From assembly GCA_951406725.2 (NCBI GenBank), contig OX597821.1, positions 50,840,001-50,904,000 of the forward strand: DNA of 64,000 bases. Direction: 5' to 3'. The stretch comes from Octopus vulgaris (taxonomy: Eukaryota). Shown piece by piece: positions 13,321 to 27,693 of the stretch. The notes under the pieces were generated by a model, which had not been told where the DNA came from, ran no database searches, and saw nothing but the letters and a program-made list of their open reading frames with translations. Position numbers and translations under genes: made by a program. The number at the start of each line of letters is the position of its first letter. The stretch's first letter is position 1.

Positions 13321-13328
<8 letters not shown>
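13151..13328. repeat. Spacerless near-perfect palindrome (~2x90 bp)
   Basis: Centre between 13240 and 13241 (gcatattctt|aagaatatgc); arms match apart from a 2-bp indel and about 2 substitutions. Confidence 0.95.
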
Positions 13329-13375
<47 letters not shown>

Positions 13376-13430
13376 AATGAACTGCTTAAAAGTCAGTACA
13401 AAGTGTACTCCATCCAATGCGAGTTCAGTG

Positions 13431-13821
13431 TTACTAAATGTTTCAACTACATGTACTTATCACGCTACTAATCGTTTCCCGTACATGCATACGTTCGTCA
13501 GGCGCCAATTGCAGTATACTCCTATAGCTTTAGTTTAAATAGAGGAACAGTTTAGAACCGTCACAAAGATAAAGCATGTCTAATGGAAGATAGCATATTT
13601 AAAAAAAAATTATTTTCTTTCTTATTTTCATTTGTATTTTATTTTACCTATCAAGGTGGTATCTTCCATTAGACATGCCTTATCTTTGTGCCGGTTCTAA
13701 ACTTTTCCTCCGTTTAAACTAAAGTTTTGGGATTATAGTGCGGTTGGTGCCTGACGAACGTACGCATGTACGAGAAACTATTAGTAGCGTGATAAGTACA
13801 TATAGTTGAAACGTTTAGTAA
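13431..13821. mobile_element. Long-arm inverted repeat / MITE-like fold-back element
   Basis: ~165-bp arms ttactaaatgtttcaac... and ...gttgaaacgtttagtaa, with ~60-bp AT-rich spacer. Confidence 0.8.
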
Positions 13822-13957
<136 letters not shown>

Positions 13958-14459
13958 CATGCATATATAAATAATCAAAATAAGCAACAAATATATCCGA
14001 GGTAATGTGGTACGATCGTTTCATGCTACCACATTTTATTAAACACTGTATTACATCAGTTTTAAAATGTCGAGCAATCTTCAGCCACTTATAGAAAATT
14101 TCCAATCAAACAGACAATGCACATTCTTATATATTTTTCGTTTGCCAACGTTATAAAGAGGGTAGATATATAGACAGAGAGGTTGATTTTATTCTTAAGA
14201 ACATGATAGTATTAAATAACAAAGATCTAAATAACAAAGTGAAAAATCTACAGTCAGAGAGTAAATTTAATACTATAATGTGTATGTGTGTGTATGTATG
14301 AGTGTGTATGTAGGTGTATGTGTGTGTGTATGTGTGTGTGTGTATGTGTGTATATGCGTGTGTGTATGCGTGTGTGTATGCGTGTGTGTATGCGTGTGTG
14401 TATGCGTGTGTGTATATATGTATGTAGATATGTATATATATGTATGCATATATATATAT

Positions 14460-14509
<50 letters not shown>

Positions 14510-14510
<1 letters not shown>

Positions 14511-14700
14511 TACTAGTATAGCAAGTGACCTGATCTGAGATGGTGTGCTGGAACAATTGCAGCGGGGAAGGTTTTTATAAGCCATTTAAGAAACACACAA
14601 ACTCGTTAGATTCACTTCAACATTTATATTTAAGTTGTCAAAATATTTTCGTCGCTTTGAGACCACGACCTCTTCACTGACAAAATTCTGTGCTGCATCT
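14510..14700 (-). repeat. Interspersed repeat with hammerhead-like architecture (copy 1)
   Basis: Inverted homolog of 49855-50055. Confidence 0.7.
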
Positions 14701-15132
14701 ACATATGTATATATATCTACACACACAGACACAGAAATTGGCTTCAGACGAAGAGGTGAGAGGCCGAATATACAAAAGATATTTCATGAGGTCAATCAGC
14801 TTGCTAAAAATATCAGCCAAATCCCTCCGACCACACCATACATTGTTTTAAAAAAATAAATGAATATTGGATTATGTAGTCTAAGATAAACTATATCCGA
14901 TTAACAACTGGGGAGGCGGCCACAGTTTCAAATCATTGATCACAGGTCTATTTGAATTGGGCTGAACATTTGCAGCATCGGTGACAACAAATAATTATAA
15001 CGAAACACAGACAAGTAAAGGATCACAAGATATCTTAAATACAACTTAGAGAGAACCATATCAATTGGTTTAATGTTTAGACACTATGTAATGGAATTGA
15101 GCTGTTCTAGTCTAAATCTAAATGTCCAAATA

Positions 15133-15178
<46 letters not shown>

Positions 15179-15685
15179 GATAATAGTGGTAACAACAACA
15201 ACAACAGCAGCATTATATTTGTATATCGTATTTCATATATCACTATTTAATTGATTGTCGTGTCGTTTCTAAACTGTTTGGAAACTATTTTCTGATATTT
15301 TGGTGTGAGGCCAAGCTTCTGTCACTATTTCAATACAGTTATATTGATGTCGCTTATCAAAGATAAAATTGTTTTGAAAACATCGCTTTTCTGACTACCT
15401 GTCTTTCCTCATTTCCGATACGTATAAAGAGAGACATACTGACAAAATACTCACAACTACTCGCATATGATTATAGACGTATGTGTGTGCTTGTTTATGT
15501 GTGTGTATGTGTGTGTGCGTGTGTATGTGCGCGCCCGTATACATGTGCGTCAGAAAGCCACTGCGACATAAGTTGAGGACAAAGTAGTGAAAACAAAAGA
15601 AATCAAGTCTATTTTAATATTATGTATAATTATTTCTGTTCGCTGGAGGCAGCTACATAATGGATATGAGTGAAGAGGAGAGAGA

Positions 15686-15754
<69 letters not shown>

Positions 15755-15805
15755 GGAGAGAGAGATGGGAGAGAGAGAGAGGGGGATAGATAAATAGACA
15801 GAGAT

Positions 15806-15854
<49 letters not shown>

Positions 15855-16261
15855 GAAAGTTTGTTTAATTCGTGAGATTTATGTTTGTGAACGAACAACA
15901 TTTATAGGAACTAGGTTCAGTTTGAGAAGTAGTCAAAGAAATTCTTACATTTATGTTTATTCCAAAAGAAAGGTGTGTGTATGCATATATGTGTGTATAC
16001 ATATATGTATACCGTTGATGATTTCTCATCCTTCTTTGGAATTTTCTCTTTCTCATTTCCGACGAAGCTGATAATATTTCTTACGCACGTCCCCATGTTC
16101 ACCGTTTTTATTTCTTTATTTGAATTGGCAGTATACACATATAAAAATGTACTTAAAGATATGTATTTGTGTGTATGTGTCTATTGTTACCTTACAATCC
16201 GTTGTATTCCTAGCGAGAAACAGTAGGTAAGATCAGTCGTGATGGGTGTATAATACTGTAT

Positions 16262-16614
16262 ATTTTGGATATATGTATATGTGTATATATATGTGTATAT
16301 GTATATATATGTATGCGTATATATATGTATATATATATGCCCATATATATATATATATGCATATATATATATGTGTATATATGTATATATATGTGTGTAT
16401 GTATATATGTATGTATATATATGTATGTATGTATGTGTGTATATATATATATATATAGATGAATATATATTTACATATTTGTATATATGTATGTGTATAT
16501 ATATATATGTATATATGTATATATATATGTATATATATATGTGTATATGTCTATATATGTATGTATATATATGTATATATATATATTTATATGGGTATAT
16601 ATTTATATCTATAT

Positions 16615-16650
<36 letters not shown>
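16262..16650. repeat. Compound (TA)/(TG) microsatellite
   Basis: Direct reading. Confidence 0.95.
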
Positions 16651-16653
<3 letters not shown>

Positions 16654-16819
16654 AGACATTAAAAAAGGAAAATACGCACACTTTACATAGTTTTAATATA
16701 ATTTTTAATATATCGACCGGTTTCACTATCGCTATTCATGATATTATGTTTTACTTATTTGAATATGTAGTTTTTCTTATGAAGAAATGTTGTCCATGTT
16801 GTGTGTAACGATATTTACG

Positions 16820-17280
16820 AGTGAATTAAAATTTATACTTCAGAACAATTATTTCCTATATGATGACACATACTATCGTAAGAATGTGGAATTGCGATGG
16901 GACCGAAAGCAGCCCCTGTTCTTGCGAACCTAATAATGGGTTATTTTGAATTCACCTTATATGAAGTATCACTTCAGAAACATGGTTACCAATTTTACCG
17001 CTACATAAGAGAAAATTGGAGGAGATACTTGGATGACTGCTTTATCATTTGGAAAGAGATTATCGATAAACTTTTGGATTTCAAATCAACACTAAATGAT
17101 ATAAATAGTAACATTCAATTCACAATGGAATATAACAAAGAACAACTCTCATTTTTAGACATCATAATAAAAAAGTCAACAATCAAATCATTACTGACAT
17201 TTATTATAAACCTACTGATTCAAAACAATATCTCCTCTTTAACTCATGCCACCCGAAACACATCAAAATAACCATCCCGT
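16820..17280 (+). mobile_element. Penelope-like element reverse transcriptase fragment (frameshifted)
   Basis: GIAMGPKAAPVLANLIMGYFE...WRRYLDDCFIIW...NIQFTMEYNKEQLSFLDI then TDIYYKPTDSKQYLLFNSCHPKH; diagnostic PLE RT/thumb motifs. Confidence 0.92.
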
Positions 17281-17529
17281 TTTTGTTTTTGTTCATGTTT
17301 TCGTTCTTGTATACTCTCGCTTGCCTTTCCCGCTGGATTCGAGTAGTCTCGGAGATAAGGGGGCGAAACTACAGGACTTTCAGGACTTCGACTGATGAAG
17401 AAATAGGCTGCGAATGATGCTTGCATCTTGGTTTTGTCCAGTTTGCCGTTTGATGTGCTATCGTCTATTTTCCCGCATGTTTTGTTTTGTTGGTTTCTGT
17501 TTGTTGTGTTCGATCTGTTCTACATTTTG

Positions 17530-17586
<57 letters not shown>

Positions 17587-17590
<4 letters not shown>

Positions 17591-17817
17591 CTTTACTACC
17601 CAAAAGGGGCTAAACACAGAGGAGACAAACAAGGACAGACAAACGGATTAAGTCGATTACATCGACCCCAGTGCGTAACTGGTACTTAATTTATTGACCC
17701 CCGGAAGGATGAAAGGCAAAGTCGACCTCGGCGGAATTTGAACTCGGAACGTAACGGCAGACGAAATACGACAACGCATTTCGCCCGGCGTGCTAACGTT
17801 TCTGCCAGCTCGCCGCC
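17587..17817 (-). mobile_element. Full-length Meta-like tRNA SINE
   Basis: Close reverse-complement match to 31677-31908. Confidence 0.88.
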
Positions 17818-18064
17818 TTAAAATTAAATTGATTAAATTAAAATTTATTTGGTTAATTAATATGCTGCAGGTCTGGGTTTGTCAATGCTAATAAACTTTT
17901 ATTAATCTTATCTCCATCTTCTCTCTTGTTTTGTATAATATTAATAATACTATATATGTATGTGCCTGCTTTGTTAGACATTCAACCAATCAAATCTTGG
18001 ATATTCTTAAACCTCTGAGGATTATATCCTCGTCTGTACCTTGATAATATATATATATTGTGTC

Positions 18065-18191
<127 letters not shown>

Positions 18192-19530
18192 TGCTTGTCA
18201 CCCACTACCGCTCGACTGCCAGTGTTGGTTTGTTTGCCTCCCCGTCGCCTATAGGTTCGACAAAAGAGAACGATAGAATAAATACAAGACTTAAAACTAT
18301 GTGCCGTAGTCAATGTGTTCAGTTAAATCGTGCCCCAGCAAGGCCGCAATCCAATGAATGAAATAAATAAAAGGAAAAAGAAAACTTAAAAACCAACTTT
18401 CCACTTCAACTTACTGAGGCAGTTTTAGATCTTTTTAATTGTTAATCGATTTAACTGAATTATTTTCAACTAAAAGTCTTTAATTCGGATCTATGAACAA
18501 TAACCTTATCGTTGTCAAATTTTCCCAAATACAACTAGAAGCGAAATATTTCTTGAATTAAATTTAGATAAAATTATCATAATTCAATATTTTCTTGTTC
18601 CTTTCTCTTTATTATTTGTTTATAATCGACATTTTCTTTTATTGCAATTTTTAGTGATATTAAAACTATATATGCCGAAATCATACCTAAATAAAGAATT
18701 TATGCAAATAAATATATGGTGGAAATACGTACATTGAATTTCTGTATATAATTCCATTTATAAATTACATCAAATTGGCTTTATAGTTTAAGTGTATTGA
18801 CTGTTATATTTGTCAGGATGTTATTGTTATTATTGTTGGTCGTAGTGGTGGTGAGGTTTGTCACATCGTCTTTAGTGCTGTTTAGCTCCAAGTTAGCGCT
18901 GATGGCACAAACAATATTTCTGTATATTATAAACTCTATTATCCAAAATATATTGCTGTCTTTTCTAAAAATGGTGCAGAGTGAACTGAGGAATATCTTG
19001 ATTCTGGGAAAGAAATGAGTTTTAAGAAATGAGAGTTTGTTAGAGGCTCGTGAGGAAGAGGATGGTGTTTAAACATTATGAGCCAGCATGTGAGCTGAAA
19101 AGTATAGTTATGCTGTTTCCTGAATGCCTACCATTTCCATCACTGATTTGACTGCAATTTCTAGGAGGACACGTGATTGAGGTGAGGTTTTTACTCGTTC
19201 TCTGAGAATGAGTTTGGTTTCTTTATTGAGAAGTGAGGCAAATTATCATATTTCAACTTCATCTTAATTTATGATGAATTCAATAAAGTTATCCTTGCAC
19301 CCTCCCACTAAATCTAATCAAAATCGAATCAAGTGCTAGTCTGCATGCTCGGTTGACTTGCTGGAAATAACAGTTCATTAGCCCTAAAATTTCGATATAC
19401 CATCTGAAAAAACGTAATGATATCAAATATCCTGGTAAACTAGGATATAGTTAATGCTTCCTTTGTTTTTGTACATAAATAAAGCGGAGCAGTTGTCAAG
19501 CAGAGGTAAAAGACAAGCACAAAAAATACG

Positions 19531-19640
19531 CTGTTGACGTTGGTTTGAAATTCCAATGAAGGAGCCTTGGATATAGATTAGAAACTGGCTCTTTCTCTAT
19601 TGGCAAGAAATCTTGAAATAAAATTGTATAAGAACACAAA
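19531..19640 (+). mobile_element. Solo 3' UTR of CATA-associated RLE retrotransposon
   Basis: Inverted homolog of 19681-19781, followed by catacata. Confidence 0.7.
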
Positions 19641-19680
19641 CATACATATGCATGTATGTATGTGTGTATTTATGTATATC

Positions 19681-20760
19681 ATTATTCAGCTTATTTCAAG
19701 ATTTTGTTGCCAATAGAGAAAAAAAACGGTTTCTAACCTAGATCCAAGGTTCCTTTATTGGAATTTCAACATCAACAACAGAGTATGTATGTATGTATGT
19801 GCATGTATGTATGCATGCATGTGCAGATTTGTATGTTTGTATGCATGCATGTGCAGATTTGTATGTATGTATGCATGTGCAGATTTGTATGTATGTATGC
19901 ATGTGCAGATTTGTGTGTATGTATTTTCATGCATATAGTTAATATCTAGACATGGTAATATATATTTAAATGATAAACTTCTGGAAAGTTTTACAGATTT
20001 TTATAGTTCTAGTGATTGATTGGATCTGTAGTTTTCGAATTAGCATTTTCCTTTCTGGTTTTGAGAAGGCTAATTTATCAAGATTGGTAATTAGGCAATG
20101 TGTTACATATCTCGGTTCCAATAATTACAGGTATAAACTTGTCCTTGTTATCTGGCTAGAGTAACTGCAGATTTCTCAATAGTTCAGCAGAGGTGCTCTC
20201 TTTTTCACTGATCTTCAGCTTTATGTTAACATCCGCTGGGCAGCTAATTTACACAAATGTGCAGTTTCTCTTCTCTTCCCAAATCATTATATCAGGTCTG
20301 TTGTGCTTACATTTTGTTGAAGTCTTCACTGGTACATTCCACCAATATACCTTTATATTATGAGTGGCTATGGCTTCTACCATATTGTGGGTTTTTATTT
20401 CTTTGTCCTCGGGTTAATCCTTCCGACAGATTTCATTATAGAGTATCCTAGCTAAAATGTCATGTCTCATCGGTATATTATACTGTTTCCTTGTGAACCA
20501 TTGAGATTTCTTTCAGACTTCCTTAACATGAAATACAAGGGGTTTATAGAAAGTATAAAAAAACATCACAGAGAGGCTGTCTCCTTGGAATATGCTTTGG
20601 CGATATTGTATTCTATCGGTGATAATACAGTCACTTTTTGTATTTAATTTCAAGATGGTGGCCCACGATGAAGTCGGGTCGGCTTTGGCTTTGACTATTC
20701 TCACTGGAATTTTAGCAAATTGAAAGGCTTCTAGCATCCATGAGTGGGGAATAAAATATG
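19681..20760 (-). mobile_element. Internally deleted RLE non-LTR retrotransposon (R4/Dong-like): RT part, RLE and 3' UTR
   Basis: Minus strand RT IPHSWMLEA...IQYRQSIFQGDSLSVMFF; RLE YWWNVPVKTSTKCKHNRPDIMIW...ISCPADVNIKLKISEK...FIPVIIG...KLQIQSITRTIKICKTFQKFII*. Confidence 0.85.
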
Positions 20761-21116
20761 TATGTATGTTTATATGTATATAAATGTGTGTGTGTATGCA
20801 TATATATACATATTTATACATATAGATATATATATCATATAATTAAGGGCTAAAGAGGGTTATTCTAAAGCCAAATACACTGTTTTATCCATTTATAATC
20901 CGCTTGTTACAGGAAAATTGAAACTGAAAACGGGCAACTAACCTTTAGAAAATTTAAAATGTATGTCTGTCTATATCAATGTGCGTTCGTGTCTTTCGCT
21001 TACCACCGCTTATTAGCCGGTGTTGGGTTACTTAAATCCCTATAACTTAGCGGGCTGGCCAAAGATACTGATAAAATAAGTACCAGGCTTATAAAAATAA
21101 GTACGCACACATACAC

Positions 21117-21227
<111 letters not shown>

Positions 21228-21780
21228 CACACACACATACTCACACATATATTAAAAAAATGTCTTCTTTCAGTTTGTTTCCGTTTACCGAATCCACCTA
21301 CATGGCTTTGGTCGGCCCCGAGCTATACTAAAACACACTTACCGTAGGTGACATCTGAAACCATTCTGCTGCAAAGCAAATTTCTTACCACAGAAGAAAA
21401 GAACAATTAAGAAATACAAAGTAGAAGAATAAAAAAAATACAATGCTTGTATCCTACATGGAAATTTGGGTTTTATTACATTTACAAAATATATTCTGTG
21501 CATGCATATCCGTACATCGATAATGGAACTGGATTTGTTTAAATGAATTTCGGATTCAACGGCTGTCAAAACTGTCCAGTCAGCACATATGTACATCAAT
21601 AGCTTTAGTTAACTTACTTATCCAAAGACAATGTGATACGATTTATTTGCAGCACTTTCCTATAACTAGGGACATAAATATACATACATCTAGGGTCTTA
21701 AAATTCATCTTTTCCTCGCATATTTTAGAAATGTGGGTGTTTACTTGTTTAATAGTAATGCTACATACAGAAAGCTACGT

Positions 21781-21997
21781 ACATACACACATACACACAC
21801 ACATACATACATATACATATACATACACATACATATACATACATAAATACATATACATATACATACATAAATACATATACATATACATACATAAATACAT
21901 ATACATATACATACATAAATACATATACATATACATACATAAATACATATACATACATACATACATAAATACATATACATACATACACATACATACA

Positions 21998-22029
<32 letters not shown>

Positions 22030-22120
22030 CATACATACATACATATACACACACACATATATATATATTTATACATGCATATATATATTAAAATATTAGC
22101 ATATATATTATATATATATG
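21781..22120. repeat. (CATA)-derived array with 24-bp higher-order unit
   Basis: catacataaatacatatacatata repeated about 5 times. Confidence 0.9.
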
Positions 22121-22734
22121 TGTAGAATATAAAAATATATTTGTAATTTCTTTTTCTAATATGTGTATTAGTATGTACGCATTTGTTTATTAATATGACA
22201 AGAAGTGATTCTGCCTTTCTGCTTGGCACTTATTTGTATTGTAACACAATCCATGGAATGAAGGTGGGAGAAACCTACTTAGGGAAATCTCACCAAAAGT
22301 AGGAATTACTTGGAGAAAGAAAACCTCTTTTAATGCGTGTTTCATAACAACATACACACGTTCGCGCGCACACATACACACACATACGCCTATATGCACG
22401 AATAAATATGTAGAGGTACATATTATGTGTATATAGATAGAGAGTATATATGATATATAACATTTGTACACACATGCATATACTCATATATCCATATATA
22501 TTCAGAAATTTATAATAAACGTAGCTATGCATAGCGCATCCATGTTCCTTATACTGATGATTCAGTTCCGAAGGCATTTTCGGAAATGATGAGTTAGAGC
22601 TGACATTAAAACATTTCTTGTCATAATTTCAATATCGGATCTAGAGGGTGCAATTTATAAAACGTTAACATTTGTTGGACCCTCACACTCACACACACAC
22701 ACACACACACATACACACACACACACACACACAC

Positions 22735-22773
<39 letters not shown>

Positions 22774-22775
<2 letters not shown>

Positions 22776-22940
22776 GAAAAAATAAGGTACTCATAAATCT
22801 GGATGGATGTACATTTACAGATTTTTTATTATGTCACATGTTTTTATAAATCATATATTAGCGCTTGCATCTACTCTAGTAGAATCTCCAATTCTGTAAA
22901 TGTGCAACCATCCAGATTTCTGAGTACCTTATTTTTTCTA
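22774..22940. repeat. Inverted repeat, 48-bp arms
   Basis: tagaaaaaataaggtactca...tttacaga (22774-22821) and tctgtaaa...gagtaccttattttttcta (22893-22940). Confidence 0.85.
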
Positions 22941-23007
22941 ATATATAATACCTGTACATAACCTCCAAACCTATGGAGGTATTATATAAAATGGATAAAA
23001 CAGCACC

Positions 23008-23266
23008 ATGACGCAACTGACTCTACCAGAAATTTGAAAACGACATGCTGTACTCTTCGAGTGTGAATCTGAGGACAGTGCAAAGGATTCAGAAAGGGAT
23101 GGATGGGTCTAATGGGACTTACGAATATGTGGCATCTCTGATAGGAAAAGAACTCCTGAATTTGCTGATGAGATCCAGGTCATGTTTGACAACGATCCCT
23201 CCAAGTCAATCAGGTCCATCACCAGGGACATGGGAATATCTGAGTTTGTTATCAGGCAGGTAGTGC
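23008..23266 (+). mobile_element. Tc1/mariner-superfamily transposase N-terminal (HTH) remnant
   Basis: VNLRTVQRI...SDRKRTPEFADEIQVMFDNDPSKSIRSITRDMGISEFVIRQVV. Confidence 0.7.
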
Positions 23267-23542
23267 TTATATCTATGTATGTATATATATATATATATCA
23301 GTCTGTGTGTCTTTGTGCGTTCGTGTCTTTCACTTACCACCACTTTTTAGCCGGTGTTGGCTTACCTAAGTCTCTATAACTTAGCGGTCTGGCCAAAGAC
23401 ACCGACACAATAAAAATAAGTACACTCACACACACTGATATTCGGTATTCCTCATCAACAGATGACAAAGAGCAAATTTCTATCCCAAGCCATCATGGAC
23501 AAGAGGAAAGACCGCACTACGAAGCTTTTGAACTAATTTATA

Positions 23543-23594
<52 letters not shown>

Positions 23595-24134
23595 TAAATA
23601 AAAAATATTAAAATAAAAATAGCAAATACACAACCACTTCCACAAAGCTATATATTCATACTCTTATCAATATACATACAAGGACAGACATTGATACACA
23701 CACTAACATATGTGTATACATAAGTATAAATGCATAATATAAATAGATACGTGGGGGAAACCTATACATACATATGCACAATATAAAAATATGTATATAC
23801 AAGTAAATGTTCGAACGGGGATGTATACAGATATATATCTATAGAGATATATTTGTGGTTATAGACATATATGTATACACATACGCATACACACACCTAT
23901 ATACATTACCGCATTGGCACCCTTCCGTATTGATAGTAGGAAGATACCTATATAGGCACATTCAGTTGCACACACATCCATAGATACAAACACAAATATG
24001 TATGTGAATATGTATATATCAATACACGGGTATATACACAAGATATAGGTACATAAATACATACACACACAAAAACAGATGTATATATGTGTGCATATAG
24101 ATATCTTAATACAGTGAATATTATGCATAAAATA

Positions 24135-24446
24135 TCACCGTGATCACCGTCACCGACCAGCCTATCAGATATTGCTACACATCGCTGGTCCCAATGCACT
24201 TTGCATTGTTTTAGCCTTCAAATGACGCCACCCCGCTGGCTAAACGAGGAGGCCAACAGAAGAAAGAGTGAGAGAAAGTTGGGGCGAAAGAGTACAGCAG
24301 AGATCGCCACTACCCCCTGCCGGAGACACGTGGAGCTTTAGGTGTTTTCGCTAAATAAACAAACACAACGCCCGGTCTCGGAATCGAAACCGCGACCCTA
24401 CAACCGAGAGTCCGCTACCCTAACCACTGGGCCACTGCGCCTCCAC
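24135..24446 (-). mobile_element. tRNA-derived SINE (same subfamily as 54048)
   Basis: Reverse complement gtggaggcgcagtggcccagtggttaggg...gtttcgattccgagaccgggcg; same tail as 54048. Confidence 0.88.
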
Positions 24447-25269
24447 TCTTTAAATGTTTCTTCTCGAGTCATGCCAGGCTCATAAGGGTTTCAGTGGCCT
24501 AGTTCGTCGCAGGATTACTCATTTTTGGAGCAACGTGAAATGAAGTGTTACTGGTTCTTTATATGATATATATATATATATAAATAAATAAATGAATGTA
24601 TATATATATGTATGTATATATATTTATATATAAGTACATATATAAGCGTCTGTATGTAAATGCTATGATGTAAAGCACTTCAATAAGAATGAATCTGCCA
24701 AACATGATTATAGGAGCAAAATTAATGATTCATGTTTGTTTATAAAACGGAAATAATGTCTACGGTAAATGTCTAAGCCTAATATTGCTGAAGATATAGC
24801 AACACTTAACTCTATTAAATTAAACCGTTCAGCTCATAATATTACAACAACTGACAATACGTCTAATATTGCAATTTCTTGTCAACTAAATTAGCACAAT
24901 ATATTTAGTTAAAGTTCTTCAAGGTGGTACCCCAGCATGGCCGCAGTCTAATGACTGAAACAAGTAAGAGATATAAGTTATATTATTTATATGCGTTTAT
25001 TATATATATATTTACATCCTACACATACACACACATATACATACACACGCACACACACGCACACAGACGCACACACATTCAAATACATACACATTTTAGT
25101 GCTTCTTGATGAATATAAGCGTTGAAAATGGTGGTGGCATTGCATGACTCACTGCTATTGGTGGTTTTTGAGAGATTGTTCCATCCGAAAGATGCATAGG
25201 AGAAAAACTAGAGAAATCAACCACAAAATCTCTGGATGTAGCAGACTGGTACTAACAGAATAATTGCAA

Positions 25270-25700
25270 AGGTATGACAGGGCGGCTTAGTATATACACT
25301 GGTCAATATGCTGTACATGCAACGTCCCCCTCAAAAACAATTGGTGGCCATAATAGCCACTATAAGCTGCCCAAAATGCCGAGGTTACTCGGCTTTAGAA
25401 TTTCAGTGTTCAGACTGATCGAGAAATACAGGCAAACCGATCTTAACGTGAAAAATCATATTGAAAAGATTTGTTTTCTGATCCCAGTCAACAGAAGCAC
25501 ATGTCCAAAAACGTTTGAAAACTGAGTAAATATAAGGATCTGGAAATTTAAGTCGGAATAAAACAACATAACCTATTATTACGGGACACTTAGAATGACA
25601 TCAAGAGGAGCAAACAAGTATTCAGAGCAAATCACTGGCAGACCAAGAATAAGCAAATTTCAAAAGGGCATACGTTCTATGTAAATTTCTCTCGATGCAA
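25270..25700 (+). mobile_element. Highly decayed R4/Dong-like RLE domain
   Basis: Broken motifs DRAA.YIHWSIC, SVQTDREIQANR, KLSKYKDLEI, PIITG. Confidence 0.65.
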
Positions 25701-26348
25701 ATGCAACCTTAGCCACTCTGTGTTTTTTCTCTCGCAGTCATCAGTACCTTCAATTGCAATGGCACTTCAGTTATTAGCATCTTTAAATATGAAACATTGT
25801 TTTCCTTTGACGTTACTAGTTGAGACTTGGGTGCAACTCGTATAAATTAAAGCAAAGCCAAAACAACATAACAACAACAAAAGAAAAATATTCTAAGAGC
25901 AATTTGTCAATATTTTATTGACTTTGAACTTTTCTGCAAAACATTTGGTTGATAAACCCAGAGCCACCCACACACAAACACACACAGCGCATTTTACCGC
26001 GTATAAATCGCACTTATTGTGCATTGTATAAAACAAAGTAACATGTTGCGTACCGAAGTTTAAAAACAATGGTGTAAGAAATTTCAGCGTTAGCTCAATA
26101 AGCTGCTATTATATAGATTGTGACTTATACACGAATAGATTCGGTATATGTGTAGAAATACAAGTATGTAGTTATGTATATACATGTTAGCATGCGTTCG
26201 TGTCTGTTATATATCTATGTTATATATATATGTATGTATATATATACATACATACATATATATATATATATACACATACATATATATACATTTATATATT
26301 TATAGTGATTTCTTTCTTTCTTTCTTTCTCTTTCTTTCTTTACACCAT

Positions 26349-26405
<57 letters not shown>

Positions 26406-26705
26406 ATGCAAGTAACCATTAAGCAATATGAATCTGGAAATACGTGTTTTGTTTACATAGAAACTTTAACAAATTTAGAACTTTTACACTTCATGTATTT
26501 ATGAGATTAACCTAATCTTTGTATTTCTTACAAACTCACACATGAATACACACACATATAATATATTACATTATTTTGTCACAGACAACAGACACTCTGC
26601 AGTCTATAACGAAATAATTTGATAAATAAATATTAATTCTCGGTGGAAAAAAGTTCTTCATATTGCTTATAGTGTCTTGCTAGTCCAGAAAACAGCGCTT
26701 TCAAA

Positions 26706-26776
<71 letters not shown>

Positions 26777-26956
26777 CACACATACAGAGAAAGACAGAGG
26801 GAGAGAAGAGTGCTGTAGTTTGTTTCAAAACTTGTTAAATAGGCAAATAATCAATGTGTAATAGAAAGCTATAGTAAAGAAAGTTACTGAAATGTAAACA
26901 TACATTTACTCATATACATACAAGCATTCATACATAAACGCATACATGACTTTATG

Positions 26957-27036
<80 letters not shown>

Positions 27037-27228
27037 CAGCTGTTTCATAGCCTTCTTCATGCAGTATTAATCTAAGTATGCGAAACTAAACTTAGAAGTT
27101 TGCATCAATATGGTTACTCAGCATTACACAATACGATTGTATATTAAAAAATTTACGGAAATAAAGAAAGGTAACTCATCAGATTATCGGAGCAGCATGG
27201 TTACATCTACGGCTATATATATACAAAA

Positions 27229-27612
27229 GCGGCGAGCTGGAAAAACCGTTAGCACGCCGGGCGAAAAGCTTAGTGGAATTTCGTCTGCCGTTACATTCTG
27301 AGTTCAAATTTCGCCGAGGTCGACTTTGCCTTTCATCCTTTCGGGGTCGATAAATTAAGTACCAATTACGCACTGGGGTCGATATAATCGACTTAATCCA
27401 TCTGGCGGCTGTCCTTCTTTGTCTCCTCTGTGTTTAGCCCCTTGTGGGTAGTAAAGAAACAGGTATTTCATCTGCCGTTACGTTTTGAGTTCAAATTCCA
27501 CCGATGTCGGTCGACTTTGCCTTTCATCCTTTCGGGGTCGATTAAATAAGTGCCAGTTACGCACTCAGGTCGATGTAATCGATTTATCTCTTGTTTAGCC
27601 CCTTGCGGGCAA
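27229..27612 (+). mobile_element. Tandem pair of Meta-like SINEs (full copy plus 5'-truncated copy)
   Basis: Two consecutive gtcgactttgcctttcatcctttcggggtcgat cores. Confidence 0.85.
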
Positions 27613-27693
27613 TAAATATATATATATATATATTTCGTTTTTAGATTTGATTTCCAAGATTCTTTATGTGAGTTCGTGTGTTGAAGCATTTTC

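Noticed and set aside
16897-17271. 124-aa RT ORF as a domesticated or intact gene
   Set aside because: Frameshifted on both sides and truncated; ordinary Penelope remnant
19820-19920. Regularly spaced gtgcagatttgt repeats, superficially CRISPR-like (also 11425-11500)
   Set aside because: Spacers are microsatellite or identical, context is eukaryotic, no cas genes
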